From positions 211,234,001-211,298,000 of the forward strand of contig OZ024742.1 in the NCBI GenBank assembly GCA_964016885.1: DNA of 64,000 bases. Direction: 5' to 3'. The notes under the pieces were generated by a model. That model saw nothing but the letters and a program-made list of their open reading frames with translations. It was not told where the DNA came from and did not search any database. Position numbers and translations under genes: made by a program. How positions within the stretch are numbered: position 1 is the first letter of the stretch; every line of letters begins with the position of its first letter. The stretch comes from Eledone cirrhosa. Its lineage: Eukaryota. Positions 27,518 through 46,612 of this stretch are shown here, piece by piece.

Positions 27518-28103
27518 ATATATACACACACATCCAACAAAATTAGGCTCACAGATTAACCTTGCTTAGGAGCTCTAAACATATCTTGAAATTGCATTTT
27601 ATATTGGTATAAGTTTATGAGTTAGTTACTTAACCTACATTTTCTATTTGACTTGCTTATTTACAGCCTCACACAAGTTCAAACTCTACCTACAGGATCA
27701 ATAGCTAAAATACTAGCAACCAACCAATACAAGCACTCAATTTCCATAATTTTATTCCTGTGGAAGTGCATTAAGAGAGTTTGACTTTCTAAGACGTTTT
27801 TTTTGTTTATTTTTGTTTTTTTCTCTCGCTTTGATTATATATTTTTGTATATTATATTTATAAGGTTCCTAACAACAATTAATTGATTATATGTATGTAT
27901 TTCTATTTAATCTTATATATTTGTTATATGATAATAAAAATTATCCAATCTGAAAAATGAGGCCGAAGGCGGCACGTCTAAAGAAGTCTCGCCAGGTGAA
28001 AAGACTAATGCAGCAGGTATCACACGTGACACCGCTTGCACCATCCAGTCAAGGGTATAGAGTTTTCCCCGTCACTCTTTCTTTTTTTTTCTTATGATTT
28101 ATA

Positions 28104-28778
28104 AAGGGGCTACGTAGCCGGTCCCGTCAAAATAGACAAACATACTTTTTGAACTTATTTTATCGGTAAACCCGGAAGCTTATTTTACCGCTAAAGAATG
28201 ATTTCTAGTATAGGCCCAAGGCCAGTAATTTGGGGGGAGGGAAAAGTATATTAAATCGTCCACAGTACGTTATTGGTGCTTTATTTTATCAACCCCGTAA
28301 GGATGAAAGGCAAAGTTAACCTTGGCGGGATTTGATCTCAGACCGTAAAGGGCCAAAACTCCATGCTTCAAAGCATGGTGTCCGACTCTCTACCGATACT
28401 GCCAATCCTCCTCCCTTTTTTGCCGCTAAATGATAAAGTGTTTTAGAAACCCAGGTACTCACTACTATTGTTAACACAGACGTAACTTTCTGCTAAAATT
28501 CTTAATTTCGAAAATACTTGACTCTGCTAAAATTCTTAAGTCAATGGAACTCAGTAGATGTGTGTGTATGTAACTAAAGCGTAACGTACCTTACGAATTA
28601 ACGAAACACAAGCAGAATTATAAGATGATGATTAATTGATTTTAACTGGTTTTTTAACAATTGATAGTGAAAAAGATTTCAAATTGTCTTAACACGGGCT
28701 GCAACTCATGGTGTCTGACACTCGTATTGGCTAAATAGCCTGGGGTCTATTTTACCGGGACCAGCTACATAGCCTCTT
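28104..28778. mobile_element. Non-autonomous TIR DNA transposon containing a SINE (~28200-28415, minus)
   Basis: ~34-bp imperfect TIRs aaggggctacgtagccggtcccgtcaaaatagac / gtctattttaccgggaccagctacatagcctctt. Confidence 0.7.
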
Positions 28779-29578
28779 CCATTTATAAATGTATTTTAAA
28801 TAAAATCACTACTTTTTACAAGTTTTTACGCTACACGACACAATCTAATGTGTTCGATTTTAAGAGGTAAGTTTAATTGAGAGCACACGAAAAAAAAGGG
28901 GAAAAATAATTATTTTCCACTGAAATCGATGGGAATGTACTTCTATAATAATACCGAAAACAAATTAGAAAAAAAAAAAGGAAAAGCTTCCATTGACGAC
29001 TGCCCGGGAAGGAAAATGTATCGAGTATGGAGGTGTGTCTCTTTTATAAGTATGAAACGAACCGTAGTGAAAGACACCTCCGCCCGGCCCGACAAATTGA
29101 AATGTGCGGAAATATTCGAGCGTTTTTTTTTTTTATGTCCGAAAAGTTAGAAGTTGGGTATTCCCATGACATATAAATTTATTCAAATTGAAGAAAAAAT
29201 CCCAAGTTAGATAATGTTCTTCTTCCATAGTACTGATTCCTGTCGTCAGGACCACGAAGCAGACTGGCCCTTAAGTTTCACTTATGGTGGTAGCATGACG
29301 AATAAGTTTACTTGCATTTCTTTCCTTATTGTGTTTAATCTCTATTTATCTATCTCTATCACTTTCTTGAGAACTATTTGTCTGTGTTGAAGTATAACCG
29401 CTATCACTGAGTAAATAGCAATGAAATTAATTCAAAATAAGGACAAATATCCTGAAAGATTACTGTTAGGTAAGTTGAGTTATTGAAATATATCGTAGTC
29501 ATTTGTTGTTAAATTATACTACTTCACTAAAATTGCGCTCAATAGTTTTATAACATGAAACAATAACAATACTCTGAC

Positions 29579-29683
29579 CTTAGTGTTGAGTGATTTCTCA
29601 GATACAGAGTACTGAATATATTCTTCATTTATATAGTCCGTGTTACGACGAATATGTTCAAAATCACCGACAACAAGTTCCAT
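29579..29683 (-). CDS. WDR88: Probable first coding exon of the WDR88-like gene
   Basis: aaacATG start; MELVVG...SEKSLNTK|gtcaga phase-0 donor joins exon 2 in frame (K|ITSKTFNGH, compare recalled WDR88 SK|IPFKILSGH); promoter motifs just upstream. Confidence 0.55.
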
Positions 29684-29719
29684 GTTTGTGATTTCGGCTT
29701 CGTGTACTACTGATTCTCC

Positions 29720-29744
29720 GTTGCTATGACAGCAGACCGGAAGT
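29720..29744. promoter_or_regulatory. RFX X-box-like motif plus ETS motif
   Basis: GTTGCTATGACAGC (29720-29733; consensus GTTGCCATGGCAAC) and CCGGAAGT (29737-29744), 40-60 bp upstream of the putative ATG. Confidence 0.5.
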
Positions 29745-29799
29745 CGGTGACACATACCCGTCTCCACTGTAAACCGTAATTAACAAACATTACGTTCCG

Positions 29800-29935
29800 A
29801 ATTCAAATCCTGCCGAGGTTAGCTTTGCCTTTCATCCTAACGGGTCGATAAAATAAAGCACCAGTAATGCACTGGGGTCGATTTAATTGACTTTCCCCTC
29901 TCCCAAATTTGCTGGCCTTGTGCCTATAGTAAAAA
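29800..29935 (+). mobile_element. SINE fragment
   Basis: ttcaaatcctgccgaggttagctttgcctttcatcc...gggtcgataaaataaagcaccag. Confidence 0.75.
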
Positions 29936-30339
29936 TCATTATAACGAGCATTTACGCAGTCGCTGGACCAGCCAGCAATAGCAGTCAAATATCCCTCAAA
30001 TCACAGCTTACAGCCTTATAAAAGAACACATTGGAAAATGTAGTCCCGGTGGGAGTACAAAATACTTAAGATGGGATGGTCAATGTTGGAATGCATTTGA
30101 TCTGCAAGAAAGTATATTTTTATTCACAGTTGCATAAAAAAAAACATAATATAATGCTTGCAGAACGAAAACACAAACAAATATAATATATACAAAGGAA
30201 AGGGAAAGGAGAAAAAAAAACACGTAAGCAGGTAATACACACATCTAGGACCACATACAACCATCGAAAAGGGTGGACAACCGAGCCGCTACCAGAGCAA
30301 AAGATAACAATATAGCGAGGAGCACTGGGAAACCTCTCT

Positions 30340-30584
30340 AATAATTTTTTAGGCAAGACAGCATGCTCGTAGCGTTACCTCGGGTGATGGCGAGGCTGAT
30401 GCGCTGAAACAACCAAGCTCCCTCGTGAGCATCACTAGTTTCCTCGGTTAGGCGAGCCGCCAGTGAAGATAAGAATCTCGCAGTCAGTAACGCAACTCCA
30501 CCAAACATCTCGAAAATGTAGTTGGCTGACAGATCACGGTATTTTAGGATTTTGTTCCGTTCAGTTGCTTTATCGGGGTGAGGT
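30340..30584 (-). mobile_element. CRE-like non-LTR fragment
   Basis: Homologous to 13787-14080 (NKILKYRDLSANY...LFQRISLAITRGNATSML). Confidence 0.55.
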
Positions 30585-32743
30585 TGTAGCGAAATTTGTC
30601 CACATTTCGAGCCCTGGGTGACACCTAAAGGTCAAATTCTAGGTCACCACTCTTTTGGCGTAAACAAGTTGATGCGTGGGCGATCTCTCGAGGCAGGGGA
30701 CAGAGGAAGCTGGCGATATAAATAGCCTGTACCAAGAGAGAGGAGGCTCAATCACCACGAGGACTACTGTAGCGAGATCTGTCCACGCCTTGAACATTGG
30801 GTGACACCTAAAGGTCAAACTCTAGGTCACCACCCTTTTGGTGTGAACAGGTTCATGTATGAGCTATCCCCTCAAGGTGGGAGACAGAAAGCGACAGGTA
30901 TATAAAGCCTATATTTTCCCACCTTAGACACAGAGAAATCGGAGCACCAGGATACAGACAAGCTATGTGAAAGATTCAGAGGTCTACAAACATACAGAGC
31001 GATCGGAGCAGTACGCTATTACTAGCTATGTAAAAGATTCACCGATATCTACAGGCCACAGTGGTCTACAGTCAACTACAGACCATTCAGAGGTATATAG
31101 ACCATTACTCTCTCTCTCTCTCTCTTGGTCGCAGACTACACCAGCCTCATGAACCAACAACAAAATAACATTGTCAACCTTCGCAACTAATGGTAATATG
31201 TTTATTGTTCATTTTGTCTGAAGTGAAGTAAACCTTTATATATAAACTAAATCGGCCATTCTTGTTATTTCATCTAATAACCGTGTCACCTCATCTAACA
31301 ATAACAATTTCTACTAATACCCTTCGTTAAATTGGTGAACCCGACGTGATAAAAAAAAAAAAAAAAAATAATACGAAGTGGTAATTAAAAAAAAAAGAAA
31401 ATCACAGGCAGCCTTTTGATTTGATCATGGCTTCTTTTGTTAATATCAACAACTTTCTCTTATTAAGCTTCTCATCTATATGGTACGATATGTCAAATTA
31501 TTCACCAGACTTCCATTCTACGGAATATTTACAGTGACTTCGCTTTGATTTTTCGATTCATTACCAAACACTTCACCACGTGCTTCGTAATATCCAACAA
31601 CAACAACAACAGACAATACTACTAGCTTCCTAGCAAGAGAACATCACATAAAGAAGAGAAAACTGAACTTTTTGTAAAGAACAATTATATAAATATATAT
31701 ATTTTTTTTTTACAGGTTATATATGAACGTTCATTTTTATTTTTTTATTCGTTTTACTGTATTATATGCCTATGTGAATATACACGTTTTGCATCAAACA
31801 CACATCATTTTCTTTGTCACACACCAACATGTTTTTGTCTATGGTATATTCTGGATTCGGTTGGGTCTCAGCGAGATCGCTTTTCAACTGGTCACGGTAC
31901 GGCAACAGCTATTAAACACATGAGAATCAACCCACGGTTACTATTCGCTTGGACTCACTCAAGCCCGCATGAACTCACTCAGACCCGCTTGGACTCACTC
32001 AGGCACGCAACTCAAAATTGCACACACTCATGTCATAGCGTAAACCTCGACTCACTGGAAGAGAATCTTACGTATGATTATACATCGAGAGAAATAGTCC
32101 TCTGTGTTATTATATCATAATCCGATACAGTAACTCCAACGTCCATCCATCCACACACAACAGTTCGAAAACATGATCACAACTTTGTATAGTTAGTTTC
32201 TTCTAAATGTTACACACACACATGCATACACAGTTATACGATTTTTTCTCTCTCCAAATTTCTCCGCACTAGAAATGCGGGCACAGTACCCACATTTTGT
32301 GTGTTTTGGGACGCTTCTAGAATCAGATTTCGCTACCCCTTTTATAATCGATCGCTGCTCCTGCATCGATCTGGTTAGGGAACTAATGTAGCGAGATCTG
32401 TCCACGCCTTGATTCTTGGGTGACACCTAAAGATCAAACTCTAGGTCACCACCCTTTTGGTGTGAACAGGTTCATGCGTGGGCTATCCCCTCAAGGTGGG
32501 AGACAGAAAGCGACAGGTATATAAAGCCTATATTTTCCCACTTTAGACACAGAGAGATCGGAGCACCAGGATACAGACAAGCTATGTGAAAGATTCACTG
32601 CTACCTTCAGACCTCAGAGGTCTACAGACATACAGAGCGATCGGAGCAGTACGCTATTACTAGCTATGTGAAAGATTCACCGCTATCTACAGGCCACAGT
32701 GGTCTACAGTCAACTACAGACCATTCAGAGGTATACAGACCAT

Positions 32744-32824
<81 letters not shown>

Positions 32825-35492
32825 TCGCAGACTACACCAGCCTCATGAGCCAATAAAAAAATAACATTGTCAATCTTCGCAACTAATGGTAATATGTTTA
32901 TTGTTCTTTTTGACTGAAGTGAAGTAAACCTTTATATATAAACTAAATCGGCCATTCTTGTTATTTCATCTAATAACCATGTTAATCCCATCTAACAATT
33001 TCTTACAATACCCTTCGTTAAACTACTACCATTGACTGCAACCACCAACAAACATTGTCTGGTCACTCGCTGCTTTCACATCAACAACAAAATAACATCG
33101 TCAACCTTTGCGACGACTCGTGGTAACTTATTTGTTGTTCTTTTTGACTGAAGTGGAGTAAATTTTATATCAAAAGTAAACCAGCTATTCGTGTTATTTC
33201 TTCTGACGATAACTACTAACTTTGCTTCGCTTCAATTGGTGACCCGACATTAGAACACAACTTTCTGAGCCAAGGATAATCACGCAACAATATGGAACAA
33301 TCGCCAGCATCATCGTCTGTACAAGCAGCAATATCCCTGCGGATACCGACATTATGGCCTCATGATCCTACCATTTGGTTCAGATTCATCGAGGCACAAT
33401 TTGAGACGCACCATATTTCGGCAGACAGGACTAAAATGTCCCATGTTGTCGGGGCGCTTCCTCCGGGATTTGCTTACAGCACCATCAGGCACATAATCTT
33501 ATGCCACATTTAGGTCCGAGCTTATAAAGCGGACATCCGTCTCACAGCAGCAACGGATTAATCAGCTGCTTTATTCAGAGGAGTTAGGCGACAAGAAACC
33601 GTCACAGTTGCTAAGACGCCTAAAGCAACTATTGGGAGAAAACACCATGGAGCCGGCCATCTTAAAACAGCTGTTCTTACAAAGGCTGCCACCAGCCACT
33701 CGCAGTATTTTGGCGGCCAGTGAAATATCCACCTCAATCGAGGAGCTGGCGGATTCAGCCGATAGGATCATGGAGGTGGCAGCACCATTGTCACTCGTGA
33801 CCCAGGACACACACACACACATCCCATAGTGAGCTCTTTTTCTTCCCCTCTTTCTTCCTCATTTTCTAATTCTTCTCCTTCTTCGTCTTCTGTTTTGGAA
33901 GTGGCGGCGCTCGAGGCTCGGGTGGAAGAACAGGCTGAGCAACTAAACGCTCTTATGGCTAAACTGTAGCTACAACCACGCAGCAACGCCAGCTCAACTC
34001 GACGCGCCTCCCATCAGCTCCCGCGAGACCCGAGTCGTACCCGGGCGACCGATCCGATGTGCTATTACCACCGTAAATTCGGCGAAAGGGCCCGTAAATG
34101 CCCATTACCCTGTTCTTTTTGGAGATGTTTCCGTTATGTGCCGGGAAACGTCGTGGCCAGGCAGTAACGGCGGCAACTACACCTGGCTCTTCCAAACCTA
34201 GCCGCTTGTTCCACATTAGCAACCGATCAACCGGTGTTCGTTTCTGATGGACACCGGAGCTGAGGTTAGCGTTATACCATCATCTCTGGTGCCAGGCAGT
34301 AGGAAACCCACAACAGTTCTTCTCAAGGCGGTAAACCATTCTGCTATACCCACATGTGTAGAAAAGTCCTTAACCCTTGATCTTGGGCTCCGCCGAGTTT
34401 TCCTGTGGGTTTTTGTCATTGCCAAGTTGCCGACTCCGATCTTAGGAGCGGATTTCTTACACCATTTCGGTCTCCTGGTGGACGTTAAACACAACAGACT
34501 GATTGATTCCACCACGGACTCCAATGTTCGCGGCATCAGCACTAAGGCACCCTCTCTCAGCCCAGTTTTTTTTAACCCGGTGCAGTCCGGCAGATACGAC
34601 GCTATCTTACGCAGGCACCCTGACGTCTCGCGCCCGATTTTTAACAGTCGCCCGGTGACCCCCAGCGTTACGCATCATATCGTGACTGAAGGCCCTCCGG
34701 TATCTTCTAAACCACGGCGACTCGCTCCTGACCGCGCTAAGATCGCTAAAGCAGAGTTCGATCATATGCTGGAACTGGGCATTGTTCGTCCATCCAGTAG
34801 CAGTTGGTTTTCCCCCTTCACATGGTTCCCAAGAAATCTGTGGGCGACTGGCGACCGTGTGGGGACTATCGGTTTCTTAACACACGAACAAAACCCGATA
34901 AGTATCCGGTGCCTCACATACAGGATTTCTCTGCTACCCTCCCCGGAGCTAGGGTCTTTTCAAAAATCGACCTCGTGCAGGCGTACAACCAGATTCCTAT
35001 TGAACCTTACGACATTCCGAAAACGGCCATTACAACTCCTTTCGGCCTCTTCGAGTTTCTTAGAATGCCATTTGGTTTACGCAATGCTGCATCGACCTTC
35101 CAGCGTTTCATGACACAGTAGTACGTGGTTTATCCTGTGTCTATGCGTATATTGACGATATGCTGGTAGCCAGCACATCCCATGAGGAACACGAAAGGCG
35201 TTCACATCAACAACAAAATAACATCGTCAACCTTTGCGACTCGTGGTAACTTATTTGTTGTTCTTTTTGACTGAAGTGGAGTAAATTTTATATCAAAAGT
35301 AAACCAGCTATTCGTGTTATTTCTTCTAACGATAACTACTAACTTTGCTCCGCTTCAATTGGTGACCCGACATTAGAACACAGCTTTCTGAGCCAACGAT
35401 AACTACTAACTTTGCTTCGCTTCAATTGGTGACCCGACATTAGAACACAGCTTTCTGAGCCAACGATAACTACTAACTTTGCTTCGCTTCAA
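30585..35492 (+). mobile_element. Gypsy LTR retrotransposon E (CsRn1-like): gag, protease and truncated RT
   Basis: 5' LTR 30585-33235, interrupted by element A; PBS tggtgacccgac at 33237; gag (LWPHDPTIWFRFIEAQF, LKQLFLQRLP); protease MDTGAEVS; [10 protein letters not shown]...MPFGLRNA...YIDD at about 35148; then the LTR 3' part resumes at 35201. Confidence 0.88.
30768..33022 (+). mobile_element. Non-autonomous LTR element A, inserted in the 5' LTR of E
   Basis: LTRs 30768-31331 and 32387-33022; tRNA-Trp-type PBS tggtgaacccgacgtgat at 31333; TSD ctac; ~1.05-kb non-coding interior. Confidence 0.9.
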
Positions 35493-35909
35493 GCTGAGGC
35501 TAAACAGCAACAAACAGGAGTTAACAAGCTTATACAAAGGACGCTCGCTATGGTAGAATTTTCAGCCAGCTGTTGAAATCACACGAAACAGTCTTACTTT
35601 ATAAAGGAAAAAACAAATAAATATCAGTCAATGTAGTAAAGAACAACAAATAAATAAAAAAATTCCATTATCTGAGCTTTTCATAAAGCTTAATGGATAA
35701 TCTCAGGGACTAGAACAGTTTTCAGGTTCTACTGCATTTCTATTCTGTCTGCAGAATACTTTCCTTGGGTATTTCTCCCGCAGCCGTATTGTTGATATTC
35801 ATAATCAACATCAATACATAAAAAAATAATGAAATTATTGCGTACAGTGCTCAGGTGCACTACAACTCATCAAAGGTGCATGTATAGTACATAGAATAAT
35901 GTACAAATG

Positions 35910-41934
<6,025 letters not shown>

Positions 41935-43015
41935 AATGTCAGGAAAGTAAACAGTGTATGAGTCATGATATACATGTGTTTGTGTGTAGGGAGGGGGTAT
42001 ATCAGGTGTAGTGCTGGCGAATTTCAGGAAGCATAGAGGTTTTAAAGGATGCAGTGTCTTGGCAGCTAACAACTGATGCAAGTAGTTTGTTCCATGCTTC
42101 AGAAACTCTGAACGCGAAAAAATGTTTCCTAAAGTCATGGGAGCTGTGCTGTTTTCTGACTTTGTAGGCATCCCACGTGTTAGATACATGGAAATCAAAA
42201 AGGTGCTCAGGGTTGTTGTTAATAATGTTGTGGGTGTTTACCAGGTCAGTTGCCAGACCTCGGAGCTTCAATGTATCCATGCCCAGGGAAGCAAGGCGTT
42301 CAGAGTATGGTAGATGCCTGATGGTGGGTATTCGCTTGGTTGCACGTCTCTGAACAGTTTCCAGGGGGTTAATGTTCTAAGCAAGATAGGGGTTCCAGAC
42401 CGGTGATGCAAATTCTAAGTGTGGCCACACCATGGCTATATACAACTTTAAATAGATAGCTGGAGAGCGGCTGACAAAGGTCTTGCTGAGTGATGCCAAG
42501 ACACCCTCGGCCTTCTTGACAATTTTAGAGATGTGCTTTGTCCAACGCAAATCACTGCTGACAGTAATGTCCAGGTCACGTTCACAAGAAGACTTCTTGA
42601 TATTAGTGTTTTGGAGGGTGTTTGTGGATGCTGGGTTTTTCCTACCAAAATGCATGGTGGTACACTTGTCCACAGCCAGCTTGAGTTGCCAGTCTGTGAT
42701 CCATTGCTGCATTGTATCCAGGTCTGATTGCAGGAAAGATCTAGTGTTCAGGATCTGTCCTTTTTATCTCAAGGTACAGCTTGATGCCATCTGCATATTT
42801 CAGTACTGTGGCATTCTTTAAGTTGACATCTATGTCATTAATGTATGCAACAAACAAAAGGGGACCAAGAACAGATCCCTGTGGTACACCAGATGACATC
42901 TCATACGGCGAAGAATGCTGTCCTTATCACTATTTCTATATCCTATATATATATATATATATATATAATAAAATAACAGGAGGCTGGACTGGTGTAATTC
43001 CTTAAAAGGTTTATT

Positions 43016-43073
43016 ATACTATGATCATTTCAATGGCCGGGTTCAGTATGAATCCGGTGACATCATCAGGTAT
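43016..43073 (-). ncRNA. Minimal type I hammerhead ribozyme, left arm of the inverted repeat
   Basis: Minus strand reads ATAC-CTGATGA-stem II-GAAA-TGATCA-TA-GTAT. Confidence 0.7.
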
Positions 43074-43237
43074 TCGAAATACAACAAAGGAATATAATAG
43101 ACAAAATCCATGGGACTGAAAATTAGAGACATGAGGACGACCGAACATTTAGCAGCTTCTACCCCGGTCGGCCGCCCTCAAAACTTGATTTTCAGCCCCA
43201 TGGATTTTCTCTATTACATACCTTTGTTGTATTTCGA

Positions 43238-43295
43238 ATACCTGATGATGTCACCAGATTCCTACTGAACCCGGTCATTGAAATGATCATAGTAT
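43238..43295 (+). ncRNA. Minimal type I hammerhead ribozyme, right arm
   Basis: Stem I ATAC/GTAT, core CTGATGA at 43242-43248, GAAA at 43280-43283, palindromic stem III TGATCA and an AUA cleavage triplet. Confidence 0.7.
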
Positions 43296-43540
43296 AATAA
43301 ACCTTTTAAGGAATTACACCAGTCCAGCCTCCTGTTATTTTATAATAATTAACTCCGTACTCGCACCACCAACTACACAAACGAAGACGGGTGAGTTGCA
43401 TTAAGTTGAGTACTCTCCATAATATTACATCGAGGTTGACCATACGGAATGACCAGTTCTATCCAGTGGTGACACAACAAACCTAAATAAGTATATATAT
43501 ATATATTTAAAAGAATAGAGGAGTAACACACGAGTTATGA

Positions 43541-44601
43541 TATATTGATAAAAGGAAAAGAAAATGCTGACAAATTGTTCCCAGTGAAAAATAGTTTAAT
43601 TAGGAATAAGTAAAAATGAGTAATAAGTATTGGTAAGCATTCAGTTTTAGTTTTAAGTTTTTACCGGTTGCGCATTTCTAATGCTTTTCAAAAATAATTT
43701 TGAGATAGAGCACCCGTGATGTTTGCTCTAATCTGATTAGTTTTGGAAATTCTACCTGTTTAATGCGAAAAAAGTGGCTCCAGATGTATTAAAATAAGTT
43801 TCGCGCCAATTCGTGTTGCAAAAATTCTTGTGGTCAAAACAATTTTGATTGGTCGGTAGAGGTCATGTGAATGTTAAAAATTGATATTGCGCCAAATGTA
43901 GGTTTGTCTCGGCTGATTGAGAAGTCACTGAAAAATAAGTCTTTTAAGACAAATATGTGTGTGTGTGTGTGTGTGTGTGTAGTAGTAGTAAAGAGGTTCA
44001 TTGTTGTGATAATGGTCAGTAGGGATGTGTGTGTGAATTGCAGTCATGTTGACAGGTCAACAGTTCAGGCGCCTATTAAGACAAGTGTGTGTGCGTGTGT
44101 GTAGCAGAGTAATTCGTGGTAGAGGGATCGGTCAGTATGAATGTGTCTGTACGTGTGTGGGGGATATTTTAACATGTTAAAAGATATTTTTCAGCTCTTG
44201 TCTTATACGGTGAAGTGTGTGTGTGTGTATGTCTCTTTGTATGTTAGTGTACGCGTGTGTATGTATATATGTGTGTGTGTGGGTGGACCAGTATTTTTGT
44301 GATACTGGTAAAAATGGTGTACATTATTCGTGTGTACGATATTTTCAGTAAAAACGATTCTCTCAAGAGAACATCAAAAACCTTAATAATAAAAGGTGTG
44401 AAATGATATATAGTATTGTCATAACACCAAGGTGTGTGTGAGTGTCCAGATTGTACGTACTGCAAGGGGAATCCATACAATACTATATATCATTTCACAC
44501 CTTTTATTATTAAGGTTTTTGATGTTCTATTGAGAGAATCGTTTTTACTGAAAATATCGAATAATGTACACCATTTTTACCAGTATCACAAAAATACTGG
44601 T

Positions 44602-44643
<42 letters not shown>

Positions 44644-45339
44644 TAACATACAAAGAGACATATACACACACACACACTTCTCCGTATAAGACAAGAGCTG
44701 AAAAATATCTTTTAACATGTTAAAATATCCCCCACACACGTACAGACACATTCATACTGACCGATCCCTCTACCACGAATTACTCTGCTACACACACACA
44801 CACACACACTTGTCTTAATAGGCACCTGGACTGTTGACCTGTCAACATGACTGCAATTCACACACACATCCCTACTGACCATTATCACAACAATGAACCT
44901 CTTTACTACTACTACACACACACACACACACATATTTGTCTTAAAAGATTTATTTTTCAGTGACTTCTCAATCAGCCGAGACAAACCTACATTTGGCGCA
45001 ATATCAATTTTTAACATTCACATGACCTCTACCGACCAATCAAAATTGTTTTGACCACAAGAATTTTTGCAACACGAATTGGCGCGAAACTTATTTTAAT
45101 ACATCTGGAGCCACTTTTTTCACATAAAACAGGTAGAATTTCCAAAACTAATCAGATTAGAGCAAACATCACGGGCGCTCTATCTCAAAATTATTTTTGA
45201 AAAGCATTAGAAATGCGCAACCGGTAAAACTTAAAACCAAAACTGAATACTAACCAATACTTATTACTCATTTTTACTTATTCCTAATTAAACTATTTTT
45301 CACTGGGAACAATTTGTCAGCATTTTCTTTTCCTTTTAC

Positions 45340-45346
<7 letters not shown>
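43541..45346. repeat. ~1.8-kb palindrome (two ~875-bp inverted arms, 57-bp spacer), probably Penelope-derived
   Basis: Left arm about 43541-44419, right arm about 44477-45346; the same ORF appears on opposite strands (43871+ and 45017-); (TA)n tracts on both sides. Confidence 0.9.
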
Positions 45347-45374
<28 letters not shown>

Positions 45375-45613
45375 ACCCCTAGAGTTAATGACATGATAAA
45401 ATGCAAATGGGATCGTATGCAGGGGTCCCCAGCTCCACCTGTAGGTCTGAGCCTCTGCTAGAGTATGGGCCGGTCAGGTACATGTCCAACCCTTGCTAAC
45501 AAGGAAAACAAACACTAAACAATTATGATGATGAATATATGTATATACAAACATATATATACATAACCCGTGCTAACGTGGAAAATGGACATTAAACGAT
45601 AATGATATATATA

Positions 45614-45691
45614 CAGGGTGTCCCCAAAAAATGCATGCACACTTCAACAGCATTCTAATCAAAGTGTTATACATTTTTTGGGGACACCCTA
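45614..45691. mobile_element. Tiny Tc1/mariner MITE
   Basis: ta|cagggtgtccccaaaaaatg ... cattttttggggacaccct(a)|ta. Confidence 0.7.
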
Positions 45692-46612
45692 TATGAGTTA
45701 ATCCTCTGCGAAACATGTGTAACAGTTCGATGCGCAATAAAAAAACTAAGTACATGTAAAACTGCCTGTACATCGAGTGCTCATATTGGCACCACCACCA
45801 GTAATTCACTGAATCAGATACACTACATATATATACGTAAAGAAGATCGTTATTATTCCGACCAGTCTATTCACCATCGACAACAACCCTAAATATACAT
45901 TACACCATCACTACACATATATATATACACTGCAGGCTACTGAAGAAACTTGCGGCTGGCGCAGAGCTCCAACCAGACAGAGAGTGACCTGGTGGTGGAA
46001 CAGCACAGTAGATAGGACCATTAGAGACAAAAGGCTAGCATGGAACGCTTGTAAAAAGGGTGGGAGTAGAGAAGGATACACAGCTGCTAAGAGAGAAGCT
46101 AGTCGTCAGGTATACTTAGCACGCAGGGAGGCTGAGAGTAGGAGGTTTGCCAATGTTCTGTGACGGGAAGATCAGAGGCGTGCGGTGTTCCACATTGCAA
46201 GGCAGTGTGTCAATGCAAATCAGGATGTTGTTGGAGATAAATGTGTCCGGAATGATGCCGATGTTCTTAGTGTCACGAATGATCAGAAAAAGGAGGCCTG
46301 AAAATGTCATTATGAGAGACTGATGAATATGGAGAACGAATGGGACAGAGAGAAATTACCCTCAGTAGACCCGACAGAGGGACCAGCTATTGAGATTGAC
46401 GAATATAGGCTCCAAGAGGCAATTAAGGAAATGAAAAATGGTAAGGCTGCTGGACCGTCTGGGATAGTTGCTGAGATGCTGCAGGCATCAAAAGTAGGAA
46501 CTAAACTGGTTGCACGCATCATCAATAAAGCTATATATGGTGGTGTCATACCCAAAGACCGGTGCAGCAGTATTCTCATAAATTGCTACAAAGGGGATGC
46601 TCTGGAGAGGAG

